A stretch of 64,000 nt of DNA, from assembly GCA_030607575.1 (NCBI GenBank), contig JAUWJS010000001.1, positions 3,668-67,667 of the forward strand, written 5' to 3'. The stretch comes from Candidatus Heimdallarchaeota archaeon. Its GTDB lineage: Archaea > Asgardarchaeota > Heimdallarchaeia > Heimdallarchaeales > Heimdallarchaeaceae. The translations under genes were made by a program, and so were the position numbers. Shown here in pieces: positions 1 through 9,499 of the stretch; position 1 is the stretch's first letter; each line of letters opens with the position of its first letter. The notes under the pieces were generated by a model, which did no database searches, was not told where the DNA came from, and saw nothing but the letters and a program-made list of their open reading frames with translations.

Positions 1-1
1 C

Positions 2-988
2 CCTATAATTAATGGTTTTACAAGAAAAGGAAGATATTCAGACATTGAGATTCATTGCGGAAATCAAACACGAGTAGATGTTGAGAGCATAGATTCTGAT
101 TCAATTAGCCAATATCAATTAGATTTTACAAGCATTAAAGATGTCACTGACGAAATGAAGGAAGCACACATACAAGGCATTGTAAGTGATCTAAGTCCAA
201 TTCAAGATATAAAGACCAAAGAAGATGAAATCATTCAACTAAGAAACTTAAGAGTTGAAGATCAATCAGGTACCATTCGCATTACTTGTTGGCGTGAAAA
301 TATAACTAAGATTTCTGATATAAGTATTGGTGATAGTATTGAAATTTATAATGCGGGTGTTAAAGAAGACGCTGGTTATGGAACTGAATTGTTAATCAGT
401 AAAAATTCAATTGTAAAAAAATCATTAAATAATCCTTCTAATTCTCAAGATTTTGTACCTAGCTTAGAGGTTTCATCACTTGAAATTAACTTGGAGAAAA
501 TTAAAGATATAGAGGATATTGAAGAAGGAGATGAAGTTTCTATTCAAGCAACTGTAGTGAAACTCATAGAGAAACAATTTGTTTATCCATTATGTCCTGA
601 ATGTAAAAAGAAAATGAAAAAGGAAAATGATAATTACAACTGTGCAGTGCATGGAGATACTGATAAGCCATTAAACCGTATTCTTTTTACTTTCGTTGCT
701 AATGATGGAACAGGAAATATTAATGTGCTATGCGCTGGTAAATTGGCTGAAATTGTCTTAGAACTGTCTGCTGACACTGCAGCAAGAATGGTGGCGGAAA
801 ATGAATCAGAAAAAGCTCCTTATTCCTTTTTAAAAGCAAATAATTTTGTTAATTCAGAATTGATAATAAGTGGCAAAGTAAATCAAAATCTTTATCTTAA
901 AAGCTTAGAACTAATTGCTAACTCAATAGAAAAGGTTAGATATGCAGAAGCAACCAAAAACATGGTAAAACAGATTTACACTGAATAA
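2..988 (+). CDS. Replication protein A (RPA/SSB-like) with an OB-fold and a C-terminal zinc ribbon; 5' partial. The frame is open back to the window start.
   Basis: The OB-fold-like N-terminal region is followed by a CPECx(n)CAVH zinc-ribbon motif (VYPLCPECKKKMKKENDNYNCAVHGD), which is typical of archaeal RPA. The reading frame has no stop upstream of the listed Met at 155, back to nt 2. Confidence 0.6.
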   Translation, partial: PIINGFTRKGRYSDIEIHCGNQTRVDVESIDSDSISQYQLDFTSIKDVTDEMKEAHIQGIVSDLSPIQDIKTKEDEIIQLRNLRVEDQSGTIRITCWRENITKISDISIGDSIEIYNAGVKEDAGYGTELLISKNSIVKKSLNNPSNSQDFVPSLEVSSLEINLEKIKDIEDIEEGDEVSIQATVVKLIEKQFVYPLCPECKKKMKKENDNYNCAVHGDTDKPLNRILFTFVANDGTGNINVLCAGKLAEIVLELSADTAARMVAENESEKAPYSFLKANNFVNSELIISGKVNQNLYLKSLELIANSIEKVRYAEATKNMVKQIYTE

Positions 989-1175
989 AACCCCTTACCT
1001 TTTTTTGCAATTGGTCGAAAAGCTTATTAATAAACAAAATGCAACTTCAACCGTGTTAGTATGGATTTCACTATAATAAAAACCGCGATAATTATTGTAA
1101 TTTTAGTTGCTATCATTTTTGCACTGTTTTACCATGCATTTAGTGTAGGAAAAGAGGAAGAAACAACTTAGTTGC

Positions 1176-4073
1176 TTAAATTTCGAGAACCATTCCTTTT
1201 TTCTTCTTGTAGACCTTAACTATAGCAGTAATTGCACCAAGCAGTACCCCTGAACTTGATACTAATGGTACTACTACGTTTGTTATAGACTTTGTATTTG
1301 AAACCTTAATCCCTACCAAATCAAGCATTAGTGCACTTCCCTTTGTAATTTGCAGATTTGTTACATAAATGTAAAGATCATTTACTTGTAATCCATACAA
1401 ACTAGTCACATCATCTTGACCATTTAACATAAGCTTCCACTCATATTTCGAAGTAGAATAACTTTCATTCAAATAATATAACATGGAAACATCGGAATAG
1501 CTTTTAACCTCGGAATTAATAATAAAGTGTATTGAGATCATATCATCATTCTCTTCTGTCGTAGCTAATAAACTAGGCCCAACTGTAGTTATTTTCAATT
1601 TGTGTCCAACTATACTAGAATCTGCTTGAATATGCCAATAGAGTGCATTTGAATCCATATGAACAGGAATTTGTAAGGTATTTGTTTCGACATAAACATC
1701 TAAAAGGGGCATCATATCATCAGTAATGTAATATATCCACCTATCGTGTGTAGTTGGATAGGTAATATTATATGTAAGTGTAATATTCTCTGCGATTATC
1801 ACATCTTCATTGCCTTTTTCAGCTGTTATAAGTAAATTTTCCAACAGTATCTGGAATGTCTTTATTACAATTGGTGTATAAGCTTTGAAAATTGAACTAT
1901 TAATGTTGACAATAAGGAGATTTTGAGGTAAAGAAACTACATGTGTATAAAATCCATATTCGTCTGTAACTCCTGTGTGAGCTCCATATTCATTGATTTC
2001 AATTGTGATTGGTACTAGACCAACTGGTGAATTATCGGAGGTTACGTTAAAGTGTAGAAGAAAATCTGATGAAATCTCTGCATTTTCATACTTGAAATCT
2101 ATATTTATTTCACTGTCATAGATTAGAATGTTAACGGTTTTTCGAATTGTTGCATGAGAAGAAGACGCAGCATGAATCTCCAATGTATAATTATTTTCTG
2201 TCAGATAGAAAGAAGAAATTCTAAAAACATACTGATTTTCTATTATGAAACAAGGAAGAATTTCATTGTCAAAAATTCCACTAATGGTGGCATTTTCAAT
2301 TTCCACTAAATGATTAAGGCTAAGATAAGACACACTTATTTCTTTCAACGCATATTGTGGAATATTGATTTCTTGCTCAACTATTAATTCCGAAGCTTCT
2401 CTCGTTAGAGTTACAGTGGCATTTTCATACCCTATTAGATTGTTTTCGATTACAAGGAACGTTATCTCAACACTTCCACTTGTAATCCCGGGTGGGAAGG
2501 TAAATTCTAATTCTTCATTTACTAATTCACCTGTTGCACTTCCATTTTCAGCACCAACCCAGAACAACTCAATTAAATTGTTTTGAAGTGTTTCTCGAAA
2601 AATAAATGTAGCATTTAGAGTTTCGAAAATAGTTAAATTTTCAATGCTTATAGACTCTATTTGGTTCGGTAGAATGAATTGAAAACCAATATCATAGATT
2701 CCAGCTTTTCTTGCTAACAAGAGATTCCGATATCCTCCCCCTATATCAACATCACTCAAAATATCTGCACCCTGTAGGCTTCCTGTCATCAACCAAGTAT
2801 TTGAATATGAAAAATTGACTGGGTTTACAAGTAGTGAAAGATTACTAATTGAAATAGAAAGTAGAATAGATATCTCATTTTGAAAAGAGATTTGTTGTTC
2901 ATACGGTATGGATACTACACCTGACACCCTTACTGTAAAATTAGCACTTATTTTATAATTTGAATTGTGATACCAACCTAAATTATATTCATAGGGTGCT
3001 GTCCCCTCAAATAAGATATCTGCATTAAAATCACCTTCCCCCATGTTAGCTGAATTTATCTGTATGTCATTTAATCTTAGATTAATATCTGAGGGCGTTA
3101 ATGAGGTTTCGAGCTTTAGATCATCAAATAGAACGGTACAATCCGAAACCTCAGGAGATATCACATAAATTCCAAATGATTTTAGCATTGTGGGTATCAA
3201 AGGATCCTCTTCAGAAAAGAGATCACTCATATAAAGAGTATAATCGTTCCACTGATTGTCCCAACTACTGTTTTGTAATAGCCTATATACTATGAATGGA
3301 GATGTTGTATTATCTCCAATTGATGGTGGTTCCACATCTGTGTAATGCCAATGAATCACCATAATACGACAAGTATCAAAAACAAAATCAAAAATTAATG
3401 ATGAATTTAACACATACTGTAAGCTTGAGTTTGATGCTAGAAGGTAATTATAAGATATTTTTGTATTTGTATTGTATAAAGTTATGTCTTTTTGATTAAG
3501 TGCATACATTATGGATTCTGAATTGTAAGAATAGAATTTCCATACATACTCCCCATCCCAGCTTCCGGAATAATGCAATCTTTCAACTTCTACTCCAGCT
3601 TTAATAGTACCTTCTGAATAGAATTCTTGATTATCCTCCGCCCCTGGATTATTAATATATTGAGATTGTAAATCAGTAATATTTCCTTCTAGTGAATATT
3701 GTCCGTTGCTAGGTAAGAAAATACTTGAGTTTTCATCTTCAAAATTTCCTTCTAAAGGCTCCCCCAAATAATCTCCCGTCAAACTTATATTTGGACTGAA
3801 ACCATTTAATGCGTCCTCTATTAAATTTTCCTCATTGCTTACTGATATTTCCTCATCTAACTCAGCCTGACTATTTTTTAGAAGCCCAGAACTATCAGTG
3901 ATTTCAATTCCTTTCTTTCCCCCCTCTTCATTTAGATTTTTTATGATTTCATTGCCGTTAATATCAACAATAGATGTGGAATCATTACCATCAACTAAAG
4001 GAGATTTAAGAAATATTAGCATATAGAGTAAAAATATTACTGGAATTATCTTTTTGAGTCTCATTCTAATCAT
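1176..4073 (-). CDS. Large secreted or surface-anchored protein (S-layer-like glycoprotein candidate). It has an N-terminal Sec signal peptide, many N-x-S/T sequons, and a C-terminal TM helix with a KKKK tail.
   Basis: The N-terminus MIRMRLKKIIPVIFLLYMLIFLKSPLVDG is a classical signal peptide. The C-terminus VVPLVSSSGVLLGAITAIVKVYKKKKG is a single TM anchor with a basic tail. The 965-aa body is rich in Asn/Ser/Thr with dozens of N-glycosylation sequons and has no recognisable enzymatic motif. Confidence 0.5.
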   Translation of the reverse strand: MIRMRLKKIIPVIFLLYMLIFLKSPLVDGNDSTSIVDINGNEIIKNLNEEGGKKGIEITDSSGLLKNSQAELDEEISVSNEENLIEDALNGFSPNISLTGDYLGEPLEGNFEDENSSIFLPSNGQYSLEGNITDLQSQYINNPGAEDNQEFYSEGTIKAGVEVERLHYSGSWDGEYVWKFYSYNSESIMYALNQKDITLYNTNTKISYNYLLASNSSLQYVLNSSLIFDFVFDTCRIMVIHWHYTDVEPPSIGDNTTSPFIVYRLLQNSSWDNQWNDYTLYMSDLFSEEDPLIPTMLKSFGIYVISPEVSDCTVLFDDLKLETSLTPSDINLRLNDIQINSANMGEGDFNADILFEGTAPYEYNLGWYHNSNYKISANFTVRVSGVVSIPYEQQISFQNEISILLSISISNLSLLVNPVNFSYSNTWLMTGSLQGADILSDVDIGGGYRNLLLARKAGIYDIGFQFILPNQIESISIENLTIFETLNATFIFRETLQNNLIELFWVGAENGSATGELVNEELEFTFPPGITSGSVEITFLVIENNLIGYENATVTLTREASELIVEQEINIPQYALKEISVSYLSLNHLVEIENATISGIFDNEILPCFIIENQYVFRISSFYLTENNYTLEIHAASSSHATIRKTVNILIYDSEINIDFKYENAEISSDFLLHFNVTSDNSPVGLVPITIEINEYGAHTGVTDEYGFYTHVVSLPQNLLIVNINSSIFKAYTPIVIKTFQILLENLLITAEKGNEDVIIAENITLTYNITYPTTHDRWIYYITDDMMPLLDVYVETNTLQIPVHMDSNALYWHIQADSSIVGHKLKITTVGPSLLATTEENDDMISIHFIINSEVKSYSDVSMLYYLNESYSTSKYEWKLMLNGQDDVTSLYGLQVNDLYIYVTNLQITKGSALMLDLVGIKVSNTKSITNVVVPLVSSSGVLLGAITAIVKVYKKKKGMVLEI

Positions 4074-4365
4074 ATATACTAACTATATTTTAAAAACAGC
4101 ACAATTTTCAATAGGTTTGAGTAACCTAAAACATACTCTTTTTTGTATTTGAAAATCTCATTCCCACTTCTTGTCTATTTTTAATACCTTATATTAGTTT
4201 CATTTGGGTAAAAAAGTGTTTAAGCACACAAGAATGCTTTTTTCCTGAAAACGGAATACTTTCAACCCTCTGCCTCTTCTTTCTTTTAAAGTCAAACAAA
4301 AACACCAAACATAGTACTGAATTGTACACAAAATAGTTCATAGCTTTATTTCAATCTTAACAATT

Positions 4366-5433
4366 TTGAATAGTTTCGGAAAGGTTATTTTTCTGAGTAA
4401 AATGGAAAGCTGCTTGTGTGATGAATGCGGTTCTAGAATTATTCAAGAAAATGGTCTCAACGTGTGCCAAAAATGTGGTCTTGTACATGATTCCGTTCTT
4501 GAATCATCGTCCTTTCAACTGGGTACAATGTCTCGGGATGGAACTCGAAGAAATCAACAATATACATCAATTAATAATAATCTAGCCGTTGTAAGTTCTT
4601 TGGGTTCTTCGATTGGTTCAGTTGAGGAATACATGTTTAGAGATGCTAATGGATCTCTATTAGATGAAACAAATCAATATAAATTTCGAAAGTTCAAAAA
4701 TTATTATCATATTCCTGGAGCTATAAAAGGAAAGGAAACGGATTTTAGAACGATTAAAATTTTAAATGAAGTGTTTTCGCGACTTCAAGTTTCCACTAAG
4801 ATAAGAGATCGAACACTCTTTCTTTATCATAAATATAAATCTGAACATAAGAAGAAAATAACAAACCATGTTCTTTTATCTGCAATGGCTTTACTTCTAA
4901 GTGTTCGTGAATGTGGGCATAATTGTCCCCTTACCTTAAAAGAGATTGTTGGAACTTATAGAGAACTAGGACATAGAGTTCTTGGTAAAAATTTACTAAG
5001 TCTCATGCAAGATTTGAATATTAAACCCTCTGTAAGTGGAATTAGGAGAAGTGAAGATTATGTTTTTAGAATTTGTTCTCTAATCTGTCGTTCTGAAGCA
5101 ATAAAGGAAAGAATTGAGAAAAAATATTCAATAGATGTTTATGTTTATGAAAAAATACTTCAACTTCTTTGCTTAAAAATACTTGAAAGAATCCCTTATC
5201 CTGATCGTGGAGGAAGAAGACCTTATCCTCTTTCTGCAGCCTCAGCTTATGTGGCTGATAAACTCCTATCACGAAAGATAAAACATTCCTCTGCCTTAAC
5301 CCAGAAGTTGGTTGCACAGTCTGCGAATGTTGCCGAATTTACAATTCGGGATCATGCGGAGTTCATGTTTTCCTACGATTATGAGGATATAATTACAGAG
5401 GTTAGCGAAAGATTATCATCTAGTTTCGAATAA
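4366..5433 (+). CDS. tfb: Transcription initiation factor IIB (TFB) homolog, divergent paralog.
   Basis: The N-terminal zinc ribbon CDECGSRIIQENGLNVCQKCGLVHD matches the TFIIB Zn ribbon. The downstream region aligns to the two cyclin-fold repeats of TFB (RDRTLFLYHKYKSEHKKKITNHVLLSAMALLLSVRECGHNCPLTLKEI and PYPLSAASAYVADKLLSRKIKHSSALTQKLVAQSANVAEFTIRDHAEF), but with low conservation. Confidence 0.55.
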   Translation: MNSFGKVIFLSKMESCLCDECGSRIIQENGLNVCQKCGLVHDSVLESSSFQLGTMSRDGTRRNQQYTSINNNLAVVSSLGSSIGSVEEYMFRDANGSLLDETNQYKFRKFKNYYHIPGAIKGKETDFRTIKILNEVFSRLQVSTKIRDRTLFLYHKYKSEHKKKITNHVLLSAMALLLSVRECGHNCPLTLKEIVGTYRELGHRVLGKNLLSLMQDLNIKPSVSGIRRSEDYVFRICSLICRSEAIKERIEKKYSIDVYVYEKILQLLCLKILERIPYPDRGGRRPYPLSAASAYVADKLLSRKIKHSSALTQKLVAQSANVAEFTIRDHAEFMFSYDYEDIITEVSERLSSSFE

Positions 5434-5480
5434 TTTCAAGAAATATCTACAGAGATAACTAGGATATTGAAGTCTTCTTT

Positions 5481-6107
5481 CTAAATAGGGATGAGATTTA
5501 GTATGAAAAATCTGACCCCTACAACTATTGCTGAATGCAACAAAATTACAGGAACAAGCCTGAACTTTATTCTTTCTTCATTACCCATTTTAAGTAGATA
5601 GTAATTGTTTAGTAAATTTATGATAAGAAATGATACAGATAATATTGACCAAATAGAAAAAGAACTAGTAAATTCCCCTGTACTAATAAAACTGTATAGA
5701 TTTGAGAATATAGGGGAAAAACCTGCAATCATTGCAATAGTAAACATAGTTACATAACGTATAATTTTGAGTCTCCTTCTATGAATTTTCAAAGATACTT
5801 CCTTTTCTTTAAGAACCTCTTCACGCATTCTAATTAATTTAGATGTAGTTTTTATTCGTTCAAGAATTTCCGTTTCATCTGCGTAGTCAACAGAGGAAAA
5901 AAGATTTCTTAAAGCAGGATAACTGAAATCAATAGAAGAAATTATTTCTAGTAAATTTTCTCCTAATTGCAATCTAGTAAGAATTTCTTTTGGTACATTT
6001 TTTGATAGAAAAAAAGATCTTTCCAGATTTTCACCATTCTCAAGCTTCAAAGCAATATTATTAAGAAAGTTAAAGTCTGTACAATTTAATCTTATCATAT
6101 TAATCAC
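5481..6107 (-). CDS. Type II/IV secretion system F-domain membrane protein, C-terminal half (TadC/FlaJ-like platform protein).
   Basis: A polytopic membrane protein with a cytoplasmic helical domain flanked by TM helices. It lies immediately downstream of, and overlaps by 8 nt, a second T2SSF-like ORF and the secretion ATPase. The start is probably GTG. Confidence 0.45.
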   Translation of the reverse strand: MINMIRLNCTDFNFLNNIALKLENGENLERSFFLSKNVPKEILTRLQLGENLLEIISSIDFSYPALRNLFSSVDYADETEILERIKTTSKLIRMREEVLKEKEVSLKIHRRRLKIIRYVTMFTIAMIAGFSPIFSNLYSFISTGEFTSSFSIWSILSVSFLIINLLNNYYLLKMGNEERIKFRLVPVILLHSAIVVGVRFFILNLIPI

Positions 6108-6903
6108 CGATATTTTTATTGTTCATGAAACGAAGAATTAGGGTTCCAAAGACTGCATAAAGAAGAGGGAAAATGAATATTGTAGGAGAGTTTGATGGTA
6201 ACAGGAATGATAGAACCATACTTAGTACTAGTGGTAATAGACAAGAAACCGCGATAAAAATTACTATATTATCTTCTATTAGTTTGATTCCTTTTCTTAC
6301 ATGTAATATAAATTCTGGATCAGATTCAATGAAAGCATTTTCGTTCTTTATGTTTTGGAATGATGTTTCATATTGTTTGTTCAAGAAAATTTTTCCGCCA
6401 TTATTGATTATCTCATCTTCATTCTGCCCTAGATTCAAACTGTAAAGCATATCTTGAAAATATTTAGTATAATATTTGTCTTTGATTCCTTTAGTTAGCA
6501 GAAGCTCAACAGAGTGCGGAAAGGATTGAGTGGCAACCATATTGATTGATAACGAATTAATTATTAGAAAAGCTGTTTCCTCAAATTTTTGATGACGGTT
6601 TAGTATCTTGGTGCGAATATATTCACTTAACACAAAAAGAAATGATATACTCGCTATAGAGCTGATAAGTAAAGCAATTGGAACATTAATTAGAGTAACA
6701 TAGTGGAAAAGCACAAACGAAATTACAAAAAACAATAAAGATGAATTTCCAATTAGCCTTATGTTCCTATAATCCTTTTCAGAAATAAAGAATTTGGAAT
6801 GTTTCTCAACTTTTCCTAGAGCCAATCTATATAATATTGTCTTCGGAAAAATGCTGAACTGAGTAACTTTGGAATTGGATTGACCATAATTTATTGTTTT
6901 CAT
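6100..6903 (-). CDS. Type II/IV secretion system F-domain membrane protein, N-terminal half (TadB/TadC/FlaJ-like platform protein).
   Basis: A polytopic membrane protein with the T2SSF-like arrangement of a cytoplasmic domain between TM segments. The ATGA-type overlap with the upstream ATPase gene (6900..6903) indicates one operon. Confidence 0.45.
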   Translation of the reverse strand: MKTINYGQSNSKVTQFSIFPKTILYRLALGKVEKHSKFFISEKDYRNIRLIGNSSLLFFVISFVLFHYVTLINVPIALLISSIASISFLFVLSEYIRTKILNRHQKFEETAFLIINSLSINMVATQSFPHSVELLLTKGIKDKYYTKYFQDMLYSLNLGQNEDEIINNGGKIFLNKQYETSFQNIKNENAFIESDPEFILHVRKGIKLIEDNIVIFIAVSCLLPLVLSMVLSFLLPSNSPTIFIFPLLYAVFGTLILRFMNNKNIGD

Positions 6904-8363
6904 AAATAATCTTTCTCACTATTATTTGAGTTATTATTCTCAAGCTGTAATCCCCATTTTTCTGCTTGCATACTTCTGAAAAAATGATTTCTCTCTAGAA
7001 TTGAATTAATTTTACTACTTAATCTTGATTTGTTTTTTATTATTTGAAACATTTGATTTTCTTTCATATCTTCATCATATATCTTGGTTAAGAAACCATA
7101 ATCATTTTCTTTGCTAACGTTGTTAGAGTTTACCTCATAGACATCAACTATCTTTCGAATGAAAGTGCTTTTTGTTATTTCCCTCTTCATTATTATTATA
7201 ATATCTAAAGAAAGAAAATCTGAACGAGCAATTTTATGAAGATTTTCCCACCTTCTAAAAATTTTTTCAACTGAATCTGAATGGGCTGTTTGTATTCCTT
7301 TCAAACCAGCATTAAGAGCTTCAAACATTGCTTGAGTGTGCTCCCTAGATTGAATTTCCCCTAAATATATCCAATCTGGAGATCTGTGTAACAATTTTAA
7401 GATTTCAGATGTCTTGGTATGGTTACTTCTGTTTGATTCAAAAGAATCTACTTGAATAGATAGATGCTTAAAACCCATTGATGCTTGATTGGTTGATTCT
7501 ATTGCATCCTCAATTGCTATTTTTCTCCAGTGCTTAGGTGTGTATAAATCAATAGCATTTGCCAAGGTTGTTTTTCCTGCATTAGGTTCTCCTATAATAG
7601 TGATATTTTGTCTGCTGATTACAGCCTCCACTAAGTAAGATCCTAAGGATGTAGGTAAAGTATTGAGATTGATTAAGTCTAATAATTCAAGTGGTTTTCT
7701 TTTTAGTTTTCTAATATTGAAGGTAGGTCCATTTGGTGAAAGAGGGGGAAAGTCCATTGAAATACGTGAATGAAATCCTTGTGTTTGAAATTCAATTTTC
7801 AATGATGGTTTCTTAGCCGAAACAGTAATTGGGTGTTCAAGCTTGATTCTAGTTATTAGTGCTTCCAACTCCTCCTCATCAAGAATTACTTTAGTGTTAC
7901 ACCTTCCAAAAGTCTGATGATCCAAGTACAAGGCAGATCCTTTTTGATCCATATAAATTTCATTTACATAATGGTCTAATAAAGCAGGAATTAATTTGTC
8001 TAGTTTGATTAACCTGTAAATAAAAAGTTCTGTAAATACTTCAGGATCTATTTCAAGTCCATCTATTTCTAAAACCTTCCACATACACAAGGATTTAATT
8101 GTATCCACTAGATCATCGAATCTTAGAATCTCTTTTCCAAGTCTATCCTTATTCTTATTGACCAAAGCAGATAGTTCAGCAAATAATAATGGATCCTTTT
8201 GAAAGGCAAACAATGGGTTTGCTGTATAGTAGACTGTTCCATTTTCCTCATGAATAATAATTTTGAATCCCTGTATGTTGTATTCACTGATAACCTTACT
8301 TTCAGCATGTTTTCCTTGTTGTACACTATTACAACTAGTCATCTTTATCAGCTTCTTTTTCAA
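6900..8363 (-). CDS. Type IV pilus/archaellum assembly ATPase (GspE/VirB11/FlaI/TadA family).
   Basis: Walker A is IIGEPNAGKTTLANAI. The Asp/Glu boxes are IAIEDAIE and YLGEIQSREH. The His box is IQTAHSD. These are characteristic of secretion ATPases of the PilB/FlaI/TadA superfamily. Confidence 0.8.
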   Translation of the reverse strand: MKKKLIKMTSCNSVQQGKHAESKVISEYNIQGFKIIIHEENGTVYYTANPLFAFQKDPLLFAELSALVNKNKDRLGKEILRFDDLVDTIKSLCMWKVLEIDGLEIDPEVFTELFIYRLIKLDKLIPALLDHYVNEIYMDQKGSALYLDHQTFGRCNTKVILDEEELEALITRIKLEHPITVSAKKPSLKIEFQTQGFHSRISMDFPPLSPNGPTFNIRKLKRKPLELLDLINLNTLPTSLGSYLVEAVISRQNITIIGEPNAGKTTLANAIDLYTPKHWRKIAIEDAIESTNQASMGFKHLSIQVDSFESNRSNHTKTSEILKLLHRSPDWIYLGEIQSREHTQAMFEALNAGLKGIQTAHSDSVEKIFRRWENLHKIARSDFLSLDIIIIMKREITKSTFIRKIVDVYEVNSNNVSKENDYGFLTKIYDEDMKENQMFQIIKNKSRLSSKINSILERNHFFRSMQAEKWGLQLENNNSNNSEKDYL

Positions 8364-8500
8364 TTGTTATTCTAATATTTAGTATATCAACACCACTTTT
8401 TTTCTTGATATTTCAAATCTGATTCTTAAAAATAACATTTTTACCAAACTTTTGGTAATAGATTTAAATAGAAAAAACTTTTACTTGATAGTGTGGAAAA

Positions 8501-9478
8501 ATGGTAAATAATTATGACATAATGTGGACTGAAAAATATAGACCAAAAAATCTAAACGAACTCAAAGGTCATGAAGATATTGTTTTAAGGTTAAAAGGCT
8601 TTGTTGAAAGGAGAAATCTTCCACATCTTCTTTTTGCTGGTCCTCCAGGTACAGGTAAAACTACAGCTTTACTTGCTTTAGCTAATGACCTATTTGGGTC
8701 CAGTAATGTGTCTAGAAACCTTTTAGAGTTAAATGCATCAGATGATCGTGGAATTGATGCGATTCGTAATAAGGTTAAAGAATTTGCAAGAACTGCATCA
8801 TATGGCGGTGTTCCATTCAAAATTGTTTGTTTAGATGAAGCTGACAGCTTAACATCGGCAGCACAACATGCTTTGAGACGTACTATGGAAAGATATGTAA
8901 AAACTAGCAGATTTGCTCTAATCTGTAATTATTCAAGCAAGTTAATTGAACCTATCCAATCTAGATGTGCGATTTTTCGTTTTAGACCTCTAGATAAAGT
9001 AAGCATGAAGGATTTTCTGACCCAAATATGTGATAAAGAAGGTTTAGTTTATGATGCTGAGGGTATTGAAACTGTGCTCTATATTTCAGAAGGTGATTTG
9101 AGGAAAGCCATTAACATTTTACAATCAACCGTTGCTTCAGGTAAATCCGTTGAGAGGATAACCGTTCTTCAAACAGTAGGTCATGCGGACCCTGAAAAAA
9201 TTCGTGAGATGCTTAAATTTGCCCTCAAAGGTGATTTTTATAAAGCAAGAGATATTCTCCAACACTTGATTCTTGAATATGGCCTTTCTGGAACTGATGT
9301 AACTTATCAGATTTACAGAGAAATTCCCTCCTTAACTTTACCAGACCTACAAAAATTGGTGCTAAATGAATACTTGGCAGAGGTTGATTTTCGAATATCA
9401 GAAGGCGCTTCAAGCAACATTCAACTTAGTGCATTTTTAGCAAAACTAGTTAAAGAAAGTGGTTCAAAGGATTCTTAA
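8501..9478 (+). CDS. rfcS: Replication factor C small subunit.
   Basis: Walker A is FAGPPGTGKTT, the DEAD-type Walker B is CLDEADSL, and the SRC motif is QSRC. RFC box patterns and the ~325-aa length are typical. Confidence 0.9.
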   Translation: MVNNYDIMWTEKYRPKNLNELKGHEDIVLRLKGFVERRNLPHLLFAGPPGTGKTTALLALANDLFGSSNVSRNLLELNASDDRGIDAIRNKVKEFARTASYGGVPFKIVCLDEADSLTSAAQHALRRTMERYVKTSRFALICNYSSKLIEPIQSRCAIFRFRPLDKVSMKDFLTQICDKEGLVYDAEGIETVLYISEGDLRKAINILQSTVASGKSVERITVLQTVGHADPEKIREMLKFALKGDFYKARDILQHLILEYGLSGTDVTYQIYREIPSLTLPDLQKLVLNEYLAEVDFRISEGASSNIQLSAFLAKLVKESGSKDS

Positions 9479-9499
9479 ATTCTTTCTACTTTTTCTTCC

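Noticed and set aside
2365-3295. Small plus-strand ORFs (73 aa, 64 aa) inside the large surface-protein gene.
   Set aside because: They lie antisense within a long, well-supported minus-strand CDS. This is typical shadow-ORF noise.
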